Assembly: GCA_041912555.1 (NCBI GenBank)
Contig: JAYRMU010000017.1
Span: 2,608-66,607, forward strand
From: Thermoanaerobaculia bacterium
GTDB lineage: Bacteria; Acidobacteriota; Thermoanaerobaculia; UBA5066; Gp7-AA6
Direction of reading: 5' to 3'
Length of the DNA stretch: 64,000 nt
Shown here: positions 1 through 9,400 of the stretch, piece by piece
Numbering within the stretch: the first letter of the stretch is position 1
Layout: the number at the start of each line of letters is the position of its first letter
Program-made: the position numbers and the translations under genes
The notes under the pieces: model-generated
Told to the model about the DNA's origin: nothing
The model's input: the letters and a program-made list of their open reading frames with translations, nothing else
The model's database searches: none

Positions 1-655
1 ACAGGGTGCTGAGCGTGCCGTCGTACATGATGGGGGGGCAGTAGTCGCGGACGCCGGCGGCCGGATCCCCGCAGTAGAGGTCCTTGTCCTTCACGTCGTC
101 GGCGTACTGTCCGACGAAGAGATCGAGGTAGCCGTCGCCGTCGAGGTCGCCCCAGGCGGCGCTCGTGCCCCAGGGGGGCGCCGAGATGCCCGCCTTCGCG
201 GTGACGTCCGTGAACGTCCCGTTGCCGTTGTTGTGGTACAGGATGTTGCCCCGGTAGCCGGTGACGAAGAGGTCCACGAAGCCGTCGTTGTCGTAGTCGC
301 CGGCGATCGCTCCCATTCCGTAGGCGGTGTCGCGCAGGCCCGCCTTGTCGGTGACGTCGGTGAAGGTGCCGTCGTGGTTGTTCCGGAAGAGCCGGTCGCG
401 CGACTTCTCGCCGCCCGGCGCAGGCGGCAGAGGCCCCGACTGGACCAGGTAGAGGTCCATCCAACCGTCGTTGTCGTAGTCGAGCCATGCCAGTCCCGCC
501 CCCACCATCTCGGGAAGGCGGTGGGCGGGGGTGGAGCCCCGATCGTGAACGAATCGGATGCCGGCCTGGGCCGCCACGTCCGTGAAGGTGACGGGGCAGT
601 CGCCCGGGCCGGGGCCGAGGAGCGCGGCGAGCAGCACGGGAAGCGCCCGGATCAC
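1..655 (-). CDS. FG-GAP/ASPIC-UnbV (CRTAC1-like) repeat protein; 5' part only, the gene runs off the window start
   Basis: Minus-strand translation from a GTG at ~655 gives a signal-like N-terminus followed by repeated DxDxDGxxD FG-GAP/VCBS-type motifs. The GTGA overlaps the stop of the upstream TPR gene. It is not in the ORF track because it is truncated by the window edge. Confidence 0.65.
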   Translation of the reverse strand, partial: MIRALPVLLAALLGPGPGDCPVTFTDVAAQAGIRFVHDRGSTPAHRLPEMVGAGLAWLDYDNDGWMDLYLVQSGPLPPAPGGEKSRDRLFRNNHDGTFTDVTDKAGLRDTAYGMGAIAGDYDNDGFVDLFVTGYRGNILYHNNGNGTFTDVTAKAGISAPPWGTSAAWGDLDGDGYLDLFVGQYADDVKDKDLYCGDPAAGVRDYCPPIMYDGTLSTL

Positions 656-2001
656 TTGGGACCCTCCGTCCGGGACCGCTCGGCGGCAAGGAGCAGCTCG
701 ACGCGGGCGTCGTCGGGCGCCAGCTGCAGGGCGCGCTCGAGGGCGCGCACCGCTTCCTCGTGCCGCTGGAGCCGCTGGAGGGCGAGGGCCTGCCCCCGGA
801 GGGCCTCCGGGCCCTCCGGCAGGGCCTGGAAGCGCCGCAGGGCCTCGGCCGCTCTCCCGGCATTGAGCTCGGCCCACGCGAACGAGGCGGCCGCGTCGGT
901 GGCGTCGGCCGCCGAGACGAGCTGGCGTCCGCGCTCGTAGAGCGCGTGGTGGGTGGCGAGCTCCCGCTCGGCCTCTTCCTTCTTGCCCTGGCGCTGGAGC
1001 AGGCGGCCCAGGGAGTAGTGAGCGCGGGGCGAGGCGGGCGCCAGGCTGACCGCGCGGCGGTAGGCGCTCTCGGCGGCCTCGAGCTGGCCGGCCGCTTCCA
1101 GGGCACGGCCGAAGTCGAGCTGATAGTCGGCCGTGTTGGGCTGGGCCTGGACGGCCGCCTGGAGGTGCGGGAACGCGTCGTCGGTCTTGCCCTCCGCCAG
1201 CCAGAGGCGTCCGAGGTCGTGCTGGAGCGAGGCTTCCCGGGGATGCGCCGCGACGGCGAGGACGAGGGTCGAGCGGGCGGCGTCGCCGCGGCCGGCCTGC
1301 TCGTAGACGCGGGCCAGGAGCGCGTAGGTGGACGCGTCCTTCGCGCCCAGGCGCCGCGCCGTCTCGAGCTGCGCGGCGGCGTCCACGAAGCGCTCCTGCT
1401 GCGCGAGGAACCGCCCGTACCGCAGCGGAAGGCCCGCGTCGGTGGGGAAGAGGCGCAGCGCCTCCTCCATCACCTTGTCACCGTCCTCCGCCTTCTCGGT
1501 CCTCCAGAGGTATTCCGCCAGGTCCCCCCGGTAGCGAGGCTCGGCGGGGCGCGCCAGGAAGAGCCGTTCGTAGGCGCCGACCGTGCGGGGGTCTTCGGCG
1601 GCCGCGTAGGCCGCGGCCAGGGACGCCAGCACGCCGGCCTGGCCCGGCTTCAGCGCGTCGGCCTTCTCGTACTCCCGGGCGGCCTCGACCGGTTTGCCGT
1701 CGGCCGAGAGGGCCAGCCCGTAGATGTAGTGGGCCTCGGGGCTCGCGGGACCGAACGCGGCCGCCAGCCGCGCTTCGGCCAGGGCCTCCCGCACCTTGCG
1801 CTGGGGCAGGAAGGCCAGGGCCAGGTTGCCGTGGGCCCGGGCGGAGGTGGGGTCGGCGGCGACGGCGCGCTGCAGCTCGGCCTCGGCCCGGGCGTACTGT
1901 TTCTGCGAGAGGAGCTTTTCGCCGAGCTCGAGGGGGCCCGGTGTCGGAACGGGCTCGGGCACGAGGAGCGCCGCCAGCAGGAGCGCGGTCAGGGCTTGCA
2001 C
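652..2001 (-). CDS. TPR-repeat protein with N-terminal signal peptide
   Basis: 449-aa ORF. The N-terminus is hydrophobic, followed by many TPR-like A/L/E-rich repeats. It starts on GTG. Confidence 0.8.
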   Translation of the reverse strand: MQALTALLLAALLVPEPVPTPGPLELGEKLLSQKQYARAEAELQRAVAADPTSARAHGNLALAFLPQRKVREALAEARLAAAFGPASPEAHYIYGLALSADGKPVEAAREYEKADALKPGQAGVLASLAAAYAAAEDPRTVGAYERLFLARPAEPRYRGDLAEYLWRTEKAEDGDKVMEEALRLFPTDAGLPLRYGRFLAQQERFVDAAAQLETARRLGAKDASTYALLARVYEQAGRGDAARSTLVLAVAAHPREASLQHDLGRLWLAEGKTDDAFPHLQAAVQAQPNTADYQLDFGRALEAAGQLEAAESAYRRAVSLAPASPRAHYSLGRLLQRQGKKEEAERELATHHALYERGRQLVSAADATDAAASFAWAELNAGRAAEALRRFQALPEGPEALRGQALALQRLQRHEEAVRALERALQLAPDDARVELLLAAERSRTEGPK

Positions 2002-2060
2002 GCGCGCATTCTATTCGCGAACCCCGGCCCGACCCGGACCGGAGGGGGGAGGGACGGAGG

Positions 2061-3518
2061 CTACTTCTTGAAGAACCCGCCGCCCCCGGCCTGGCCGGCC
2101 GCGGCGCGTCCGCCGCCTTCGGCGAGCATGAGGCGCTGGTTGAGCTCCTTGATGCGTTCGTTCAGCTGGGCGATCTTCTGCTGGAACTCGCGGTTGATCC
2201 GCTCGGCGTCGGCCTTCAGGCGCCCGTTTTCGGTCTCCATGTCGGTCAGGACCTGGTCTCGCCCTTCGATCACGCGCTTCTGGTCGCGCAGCTCCATCAT
2301 GAACTTGTTGACCTCTTCGTCCTTCTCGGAGATGCGCAGCTTCCACTTCTCTTCCTGTTCCTCGTAGAGCCGCTTGATCTCGAGCAGCTGGGTGATCTGG
2401 GAGAAGTCGCTGTCGGATGCCATGAGGCCTCCTCGCTGGTTTTCTTCGATCTGGGGGAAGAGCTTGCGGAGCTTCAGGGACAGGTCCTCGGGATCCGTCG
2501 AGAGCTCCATCGCCTTGGCGTAGGTGATCCGGCGGTTCACGAGCAGCGCGATGAGCGACTGGTTCATCGACTGCATCTTGTAGTAGTTGACCGAGTTCTC
2601 GATCTCCTCGTGGATCTCCTTGACCTCGCCCGAGAGGATGTGTTTCGCGATCTTCGGGGAGTTGACCATGATCTCGACGACGGGGGAGCGGCCCGATCCG
2701 TCCGAGGTCTCGATGAGGTTCATCGAGACGATGGCCTGGAGGACGATCGACAGCTGCGACCGGACCTGCGCCTGCTGCTCGATCGGGCACGAGTCGATGA
2801 TGCGGTCGATCGACTGCGCCGCGCTGTTGGTGTGCAGCGTGGAGAAGACCAGGTGGCCCGTCTCGGCCGCCGTGATGGCGGTCTGCATCGTGTTCCAGTC
2901 CCGCATCTCGCCGACCATGATCACGTCGGGGTCCTGCCGGAACATGTTCTTGAGGGCCTCGTTGAAGCTCGGCGAATCGGTCGAAACCTCGCGCTGGGAC
3001 ACGGCCGCCTTGCCGTCGGCGAAGAGGAACTCGATCGGGTCCTCGATCGTGACGATGTGGACCGGCCGCTTCTCGATGATCGAGCGCATGATGCCGGCGA
3101 GCGACGTGGACTTGCCCGAGCCGGTCGGCCCGGTGATGAGCACGAGGCCCTTGGGCAGGTGCACGAAGCTCTCGAGGACCTCCGGCAGGTTCAGCTCCGT
3201 GATCGAGGGCAGCTTGAAGGGGATCCGGCGGAAGACCGCGGCGTAGGAGCCCCGCTGTACGAAGATGTTGCACCGGAAGCGGGCGACGCCCGTCAGGCCG
3301 TATCCGACGTCCACGGACTGGTGGGCCTCGAGACGCTCCTTCTGGGCGGGCGTCAGGATCGAAAGCAGCATCTCCTCGAGGTCCTTCGGCTGCAGGGCGT
3401 CGGCGTTGAGCGGGATCAGCCTGCCCTTGATCCGGAGCAGAGGAGGCCTCATGGGCTTCAAGTGGAGGTCTGATGCCTCCTTCTTGGCCATGAACTTCAG
3501 GAGCTCAGAGAGTGTCAA
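2061..3518 (-). CDS. pilT: Type IV pilus retraction ATPase PilT with a ~140-aa C-terminal coiled-coil extension
   Basis: The core has the Walker A GPTGSGKST, the Asp box and His box typical of PilT/PilU. Residues ~345-485 are charged, heptad-rich K/E/R/Q coiled coil. Confidence 0.85.
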   Translation of the reverse strand: MTLSELLKFMAKKEASDLHLKPMRPPLLRIKGRLIPLNADALQPKDLEEMLLSILTPAQKERLEAHQSVDVGYGLTGVARFRCNIFVQRGSYAAVFRRIPFKLPSITELNLPEVLESFVHLPKGLVLITGPTGSGKSTSLAGIMRSIIEKRPVHIVTIEDPIEFLFADGKAAVSQREVSTDSPSFNEALKNMFRQDPDVIMVGEMRDWNTMQTAITAAETGHLVFSTLHTNSAAQSIDRIIDSCPIEQQAQVRSQLSIVLQAIVSMNLIETSDGSGRSPVVEIMVNSPKIAKHILSGEVKEIHEEIENSVNYYKMQSMNQSLIALLVNRRITYAKAMELSTDPEDLSLKLRKLFPQIEENQRGGLMASDSDFSQITQLLEIKRLYEEQEEKWKLRISEKDEEVNKFMMELRDQKRVIEGRDQVLTDMETENGRLKADAERINREFQQKIAQLNERIKELNQRLMLAEGGGRAAAGQAGGGGFFKK

Positions 3519-3521
3519 TCT

Positions 3522-4769
3522 TCAGACATTATAGCCGGTTACAGGCCTCCTCCGAACCTGTACGGACAGCCAGTCCCGGGCCTGGCGCCGGCCGGCGACT
3601 TCACCCATCGCCGCGGCCACGCGGAGCTCCGCGAGCAGTCTGCCGACGTCGGGACCCGGCGCGAGGCCGAGCCATGCGACGACGTCGGCCCCGCTCACGG
3701 CGAGGCGCCGCCGCGGAGCCCGCAGGAGCTTTCGCAGCGCGCGCGCGCGGCGCCTCGACGGGGCGCCGAGGCGGGCGAGCAGGGCGGCCGCGTCCCCGCC
3801 GAGCTCGTCCGCCTCGAGGATCCAGCGCCAGGCGTCCCGGCGCGTCCGGATCCGGCCCGCCGTCTCGACGAGCCCTGCCAGCCGCGCCGCGTCGCGCGCC
3901 TCCTCGCGGGCCCAGCGCCGCTCCTGGAGCCAGGCCCTCGTGCCGGGCCCGTCCAGGCCCATCCCGAGCGCCAGGAAGGCGAGGCGCAGGCGCCTGCGGC
4001 GGGCGGGATCCATCCGGCGGACCCCCGGATCGTCCAGGGAGGCGAGGGAGCGCGCGAGGGCGGCCGCTCGCGGCCCGGAGAGCGGGCGTCCCAGCGCCGC
4101 GGGGAGGATGCCGGCTCGCGCCGTCCACGCGAGGGCCGGTCCGGCGGCGGGGCTGGCGAGCAGGCGCGACAGCTCCGCCGCGACGCGCTCGGGGGCGGCT
4201 CGCCCGAAGAGCGGGGCGGCGCGGCGGGCGTCCGCGAGCAGCGCCGCGTCGGGCCGGAGGCCGTGGGTGGCGATCAGACGCGCGGCGCGAAGGACGCGCA
4301 GGGGATCGTCGGGGAGGTTTCCGGCGCGCACGCCCCGAAGGCGCCGGCCGCGGATGTCGGCCACGCCGCCGAAGGGATCGACGACGGCGCCGGAGGTCAC
4401 GGCCAGGGCGATGGCGTTCGCGGTGAAGTCCCGCCGGGCGAGGTCGGCTTCGATGGACGCGCCTTCGAGCTCCGCGATGTCGAGCGGGCGCTTCCCGGCC
4501 ACGCGGAACACCCGCGGTCCGGGACGGTCCCTCGAGAGAAAGACGGCCCGCCCGAGGCCGTCCCGCTCGAGATCGGCCGCGAGCGCCTCGGCGTCCCGCG
4601 ACACCGCGACGTCGATCTCGCCGGGCGCGAGGCCGAGCAGCCGGTCGCGCACCGCGCCTCCGACGATCCAGGCCTCGATGCCGCGCCGCGCCGCGGCGCG
4701 CGCGAGGGCCGCGACTTCGGCGCGCCGTCTCAGGCCGGCGAGGGCGCGCGGCGCGCTGTTTCGCTGGTT
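3522..4769 (-). CDS. cca: CCA tRNA nucleotidyltransferase / poly(A) polymerase family protein
   Basis: The real start is the internal MVSNQ... The head domain matches nucleotidyltransferases (GGAVRD, DxD, RRD, FTANA). The upstream part of the 724-aa ORF is an Arg/Pro-rich GC artefact. Confidence 0.7.
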   Translation of the reverse strand, partial: NQRNSAPRALAGLRRRAEVAALARAAARRGIEAWIVGGAVRDRLLGLAPGEIDVAVSRDAEALAADLERDGLGRAVFLSRDRPGPRVFRVAGKRPLDIAELEGASIEADLARRDFTANAIALAVTSGAVVDPFGGVADIRGRRLRGVRAGNLPDDPLRVLRAARLIATHGLRPDAALLADARRAAPLFGRAAPERVAAELSRLLASPAAGPALAWTARAGILPAALGRPLSGPRAAALARSLASLDDPGVRRMDPARRRRLRLAFLALGMGLDGPGTRAWLQERRWAREEARDAARLAGLVETAGRIRTRRDAWRWILEADELGGDAAALLARLGAPSRRRARALRKLLRAPRRRLAVSGADVVAWLGLAPGPDVGRLLAELRVAAAMGEVAGRRQARDWLSVQVRRRPVTGYNV

Positions 4770-4800
4770 CGAAACCATCGTCCGTTCTACAATTTCGAGG

Positions 4801-5106
4801 ATGACATCCGACCGTCCCGTTGTCACGCCGGAGGTGGTGCGCCGGGTGGCCGAGCTCGCCCGGCTCCGGCTCCCGGAGGCCGACCTGCCGACGTGGAGCG
4901 GGCAGCTCTCCCGGATCGTCGCGTACATCGACCAGCTCGCGGCGATCCCGGAAGAGGCGTTCGGCCCCGCGGCGGCCGGGGCGGCGACGCCCGTCCGCGC
5001 CGACGAGCCCCGCGACGGAGCGGGGGAGGCGGCGCTCGAAGCCAACGCCCCCCGGCAGATCCACGGATACGGGGTCGTCCCCCGCGTCGTGGGCTCGGGG
5101 TCCTGA
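4801..5106 (+). CDS. gatC: Asp/Glu-tRNA amidotransferase subunit C
   Basis: 101-aa product MTSDRPVVTPEVVRRVAELARLRL... typical of GatC. It lies directly upstream of gatA. Confidence 0.85.
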   Translation: MTSDRPVVTPEVVRRVAELARLRLPEADLPTWSGQLSRIVAYIDQLAAIPEEAFGPAAAGAATPVRADEPRDGAGEAALEANAPRQIHGYGVVPRVVGSGS

Positions 5107-5127
5107 CGCCGTGACGGGGACCGCATC

Positions 5128-6585
5128 GTGACGGCCGCTCCCGGCGTGGTCGAGACCGCCGAGGCGGTCTCGAGCGGGCGCCGCACCGCGGTCGCCGTCG
5201 TGGAAGACTCGCTCGCGCGGATCGCGGAGGGGGACGGGCAGGTGCGCGCCTTTCTCGAGGTGACGGGCGAGCTCGCGCTTTCCGAGGCCCGCGCCGTGGA
5301 CGCCCGCGTGGCGGCGGGCGAGGTCCTGCCGCTGGCCGGCGTGCCCCTCGCCGTCAAGGACAACATCTGGATCGCCGGGCGCCGCGCGACCTGCGCCTCG
5401 CGGATTCTGGAGGGCTTCCGGCCCCCCGGAGACTCGACGGTCGCGGCGCGTCTGAGGCAGGCCGGCGCGGTCTTCGTCGGGCGGGCGAACATGGACGAAT
5501 TCGCGATGGGCTCGTCGACCGAGAACAGCGCGAGCCACGTGACCCGCAACCCCTGGGACCTCGGCCGGGTCCCGGGCGGCTCCTCGGGCGGCAGCGCCGC
5601 GGCGGTCGCGGCCCGGTTCGTGCCGGGAGGATTCGGGTCCGACACGGGCGGGTCCATCCGGCAGCCGGCGGCCTGCTGCGGCGTCGTCGGCTTCAAGCCG
5701 ACTTACGGGCGGGTCTCGCGCTACGGCCTCGTGGCGTTCGCCTCGTCCCTCGACCAGATCGGACCGATCGCCCGGTCGGTCGGGGACGCGGCGCGCCTGT
5801 ACCGGGTCGTCGCGGGCCGCGACCCGCTCGACTCGACGAGCGCGGACCGGGACGTCGGGGACCCGGAGGCGGCGCTCGCCCGGGGCGTGGCGGGGATGCG
5901 GGTGGGATTTCTCGAGGAGGCCGAGGGCGAGGGACTCGACCCGGAGGTCGCGGCGGGCCTCGAGGCGGCCCGCGGAATCTTCCGCGAGGCCGGCGCGGAC
6001 GTCGTCCGCGTGTCCGTGCCGCGCGCGACGGCCGCGATCGCGATCTACTACGTCGTCGCGAGCGCCGAGGCGTCCTCGAACCTCGCGCGGTTCGACGGGG
6101 TGCGCTACGGGCCGCGCGCGACCGACCGGGATCTGCTGTCCCTGTACGTCGAGAGCCGGACCGCCGGGTTCGGCCCGGAGGTCAAGCGCCGGATCCTGCT
6201 CGGCACCTTCGCCCTCGCCTCGGGGTACTACGAGGCCTACTACGGCCGGGCGATGCGCGTCCGGCATCTGCTCTCGGCGGACTTCGAACGCGCGTTTTCC
6301 CGGGCCGACGTGATCGTGTGCCCGTCGATCCCCGGGCCGGCCTTCCGGGTCGGCGAGAAGACCGACGATCCGCTGACCATGTACCTCTCGGACGTCTTCA
6401 CGGTGCCGGCGTCGCTGGCGGGCCTGCCCGCGATCTCCGTCCCGTCGGGGTTGACGGGCGGCGGCCTGCCTCTCGGGATCCAGGTCCTGGGGCCGCGCTT
6501 CGGCGAGGAGGCGATGTTCGCCGCGGCGCGGGCGTTCGAGGCGGGGGCCGGATTTCCGGATGCGCTGTCTCCGGCCGCGGGGTAG
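5128..6585 (+). CDS. gatA: Asp/Glu-tRNA amidotransferase subunit A (amidase signature)
   Basis: 485 aa with the amidase signature GGSSGGSAAAVAA and the KDN motif. It starts on GTG. Confidence 0.9.
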   Translation: MTAAPGVVETAEAVSSGRRTAVAVVEDSLARIAEGDGQVRAFLEVTGELALSEARAVDARVAAGEVLPLAGVPLAVKDNIWIAGRRATCASRILEGFRPPGDSTVAARLRQAGAVFVGRANMDEFAMGSSTENSASHVTRNPWDLGRVPGGSSGGSAAAVAARFVPGGFGSDTGGSIRQPAACCGVVGFKPTYGRVSRYGLVAFASSLDQIGPIARSVGDAARLYRVVAGRDPLDSTSADRDVGDPEAALARGVAGMRVGFLEEAEGEGLDPEVAAGLEAARGIFREAGADVVRVSVPRATAAIAIYYVVASAEASSNLARFDGVRYGPRATDRDLLSLYVESRTAGFGPEVKRRILLGTFALASGYYEAYYGRAMRVRHLLSADFERAFSRADVIVCPSIPGPAFRVGEKTDDPLTMYLSDVFTVPASLAGLPAISVPSGLTGGGLPLGIQVLGPRFGEEAMFAAARAFEAGAGFPDALSPAAG

Positions 6586-6589
6586 CCGG

Positions 6590-8323
6590 ATGACCGGGCG
6601 GGCCGCTGCGGCCGCGCTCTTCGCCGCCGCCGCCCTCTCGGCCGCTCCCCGCGAAAAGACGGTCGTCGTCTCGCCCGAGATCCACGCCGCGATCTCGGAC
6701 GCCGCCGAGATCGTCCTGCTCGTCCGGCCGCTTCCGGGCGAGAGCATGGACGCCTTCGTCAAGCGCGTGACGGACGACCCGAAGACCAAGAAGCAGATCC
6801 GCGCCCTGAACGGCGGGTCCCCGCGCTTGAAGCGCGGGCGCTACCTGCGCATCCCCTATCGGCTCCTCTCGGGCAACTACCGCCGGATCGCCATCGAGGC
6901 CCTCTTTCCGGCCGACCGCGCCACGGCGGGCGGATGGGAGCACCGCGTGACGGCGCCGGCGGGAAAGCCCGAGAGCCTCTGGCGGATCGCCGAGTGGTTC
7001 ACGGGCGACGGTTCGCGGTACCGGGAGATCCGGCATGCGGGAGCGATCGCCTCCCTCGAGACGCGGGTCGGCCAGGTCGTGGTCGTCCCGGAGCGATGGC
7101 TGACGTCGCCGTTCCGCGAGGCGGTCGCGGCCGCCGCCCCCGCGCCCGAGTCCGAGGCGCCGAAGCTCGAATACGGGTCCGACGAGCGGGGCCGTTACGC
7201 GATCTACCGTCTGAAGAAGGGCGAGGCGCTGTACTCGGCCGTCGTCGTGCGCTTCACCGGACGGCTCCACGCGGAGGACGTCAACGCGAAGGCCGCCGAG
7301 ATCGCGGCCTTCAACGGGATTGCCGACGTCCACGCGATGCCGGTCGGCTTTCCGGTCCGGATCCCGGTGGCGGACCTGTCGCCCGAGTTCCGGCCGCCCG
7401 ACGATCCCGAGCGGATCGAGGAGGAGAAGACGCTGCTCGAGGCGGCCCAGTTCGCCAACAAGGTGCGCAGCGCCGACCTGTCCGGCGTCACCGTCGTCCT
7501 CGACGCGGGGCACGGCGGCCGCGACACGGGCGCCATCGTGGACGGGCTGGAGGAAGCGGCGTACGTCTACGACATCGCCTGCCGGGTCGAGCGCCTCGTG
7601 CGCGCCCGCACCCGGGCCCGCGTGGTGCCGACGGTCGGCCGCGACACGCCGTGCTCCGGCGCGCTGGTCGAGGCCGTGGGCAATTCCCGCAGCGCGCGGG
7701 TCCTGACGACGCCGCCCTACGCGATCGAGGATGCCGCCGTCGGGGTCAACTTCCGCTGGTACCTCGCCAACTCCATCTACCGCAACGTCGCGAAGACCGG
7801 GGGCCAGGAGGACCGGACCGTCTTCCTGTCGCTGCACGCCGATTCGCTGCATCCGGCCGTGCGGGGCACGATGGTCTACGTGCCCGGCGAGAAGTTCCTG
7901 AACGACTCCTACGGCAAGTCGGGCGAGCCGTACGAGTCCCGGCGGGAGGTCCGCGAGGCGCCCCGCGTCTCCTTCACCCGCAAGGAGAAGATCGAAGCCG
8001 AGGGGATCTCGCGGGATCTCGCGGAGCACATCGTCGCGGCGTTCCGCGCGGCCGACCTGCCGCTCCACGCCTTCGAGCCGGTGCGCCGCAACGTGATCCG
8101 GTCGGGACGGGAGTGGGTGCCGGCGATCCTGCGCTACAACCGGATTCCGGCGCGCGTTCTCGTGGAGGTCTGCAACCTGAACAACCCGGACGACCGGCGC
8201 CTCCTGCGCACGCGCGCCTATCGCGAGAAGGTGGCCGGAGCGCTCGTCGAGGCCCTCATCGACTTCTACGGAGGAGCGGCGTCCGCGTCCGTGCCGGTGT
8301 CCGCCTCCGGGACGAAGCCCTAG
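6590..8323 (+). CDS. amiC: N-acetylmuramoyl-L-alanine amidase (Amidase_3) with two LysM domains and a signal peptide
   Basis: VVLDAGHGGRDTGA ... FLSLHADS ... VEVCNLNNPDD are Amidase_3 motifs. The N-terminal half has LysM-like segments. Confidence 0.8.
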   Translation: MTGRAAAAALFAAAALSAAPREKTVVVSPEIHAAISDAAEIVLLVRPLPGESMDAFVKRVTDDPKTKKQIRALNGGSPRLKRGRYLRIPYRLLSGNYRRIAIEALFPADRATAGGWEHRVTAPAGKPESLWRIAEWFTGDGSRYREIRHAGAIASLETRVGQVVVVPERWLTSPFREAVAAAAPAPESEAPKLEYGSDERGRYAIYRLKKGEALYSAVVVRFTGRLHAEDVNAKAAEIAAFNGIADVHAMPVGFPVRIPVADLSPEFRPPDDPERIEEEKTLLEAAQFANKVRSADLSGVTVVLDAGHGGRDTGAIVDGLEEAAYVYDIACRVERLVRARTRARVVPTVGRDTPCSGALVEAVGNSRSARVLTTPPYAIEDAAVGVNFRWYLANSIYRNVAKTGGQEDRTVFLSLHADSLHPAVRGTMVYVPGEKFLNDSYGKSGEPYESRREVREAPRVSFTRKEKIEAEGISRDLAEHIVAAFRAADLPLHAFEPVRRNVIRSGREWVPAILRYNRIPARVLVEVCNLNNPDDRRLLRTRAYREKVAGALVEALIDFYGGAASASVPVSASGTKP

Positions 8324-8403
8324 CTTCCGGGGACGAAGCGCGCCGGATCGCGGCCCGGCCCGCGGCGCATATACTGGCGGGCGTTTTGAGGAGGTCGAGA
8401 GCG

Positions 8404-9375
8404 ATGCGTTGGAGAGTGGGGGTTCTCGCGGTCCTCGTCGCGGCGGGAGGGGTTGCGGCGGCCGGCGGCCAGGATTGGCGCGGCGGGCGCGCCCGGGTCG
8501 AGGGCTCGGTCAAGAACGACAAGGGCGAGCCCGTCGAGGGCTGCAAGGTGGAGATGCGGTGGGGCCGCAGCAGCCACACGGGTCCCGACCTGACGACCGA
8601 CTCCAAGGGCAAGTTCGCGATCTTCGGCCTGGCCGGGGGGCCCTGGGACGTGGATTTCCAGGCGCCCGGATACCAGACGAAGAAGATCTCCGTCAGCCTG
8701 TCGGAGACGGGCCGCAACGCGCCGATCGACGTCCAGCTGGAGCCCCAGCCCAAGGCGGCGGAACCGGCGCCGGCCGCGGCGCCGCAGGTGCTGGTGGGAG
8801 GCAAGAAGATCTCCAAGGAGACGGCCGACGCCATCGAGGCCGGCAACGCCGCGATGGGGGCGAAGAACTGGGCCGCGGCCCGCGAGAGCTACCAGAAGGC
8901 GGTGGTCGAGCTGCCGGACAACGGGCCGCTGCTCGAGCGCATCGCCGCGACCTACCTGGCCGACGGCAAGACGGACGACGCCCTGAAATGGGCCCGCCAG
9001 GCCGCCGAGAAGGACCCGAACGACTCGACCGCGTGGCGCATGGTGGCCGAGATCGAGCTGCAGAAGGGAAACCTCGAGGCGGGGATGGCGGCGCTCGACA
9101 AGGTCCCGGCCGACAAGATCACGGATCCCCAGCCGTACCTGAACGTCGGCATTCTCCTGATGAACAAGAAGAAGCCGTCCGACGCCGTCGCCGCCTTCGA
9201 TCGCGCCATCGCGATCAAGCCGGACCTGGCCGACGCGTACTACTACCGCGGCCTGTGCCACCTCCAGATGAAGCACAACGGCGAAGCCAGGACGGACCTG
9301 CGCAAGGCCCTGGAGCTCGCGCCCGACGGGCCCGACGCCAAGGACATCAAGGACCTGCTCAAGACGCTTTCGTGA
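8404..9375 (+). CDS. Secreted carboxypeptidase-regulatory-like domain + TPR protein
   Basis: Signal peptide, a CarbopepD_reg-like beta domain (GSVKNDKGEPVEGCKVEM...) and C-terminal TPR repeats. Confidence 0.7.
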   Translation: MRWRVGVLAVLVAAGGVAAAGGQDWRGGRARVEGSVKNDKGEPVEGCKVEMRWGRSSHTGPDLTTDSKGKFAIFGLAGGPWDVDFQAPGYQTKKISVSLSETGRNAPIDVQLEPQPKAAEPAPAAAPQVLVGGKKISKETADAIEAGNAAMGAKNWAAARESYQKAVVELPDNGPLLERIAATYLADGKTDDALKWARQAAEKDPNDSTAWRMVAEIELQKGNLEAGMAALDKVPADKITDPQPYLNVGILLMNKKKPSDAVAAFDRAIAIKPDLADAYYYRGLCHLQMKHNGEARTDLRKALELAPDGPDAKDIKDLLKTLS

Positions 9376-9400
9376 TCCCGGGCCCCTCCGGCGGGAGATA

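Noticed and set aside
2061-2500. PilT C-terminal extension as a separate downstream gene
   Set aside because: The reading frame is continuous from the PilT core into the coiled-coil region. There is no intervening stop or internal start with an RBS, so it is kept as one CDS.
3601-6789. 1062-aa minus-strand ORF spanning gatC/gatA region
   Set aside because: It is extremely Arg/Pro/Gly-rich with low-complexity composition. It lies antisense to well-supported gatC/gatA and cca genes. This is a typical high-GC open-frame artefact.
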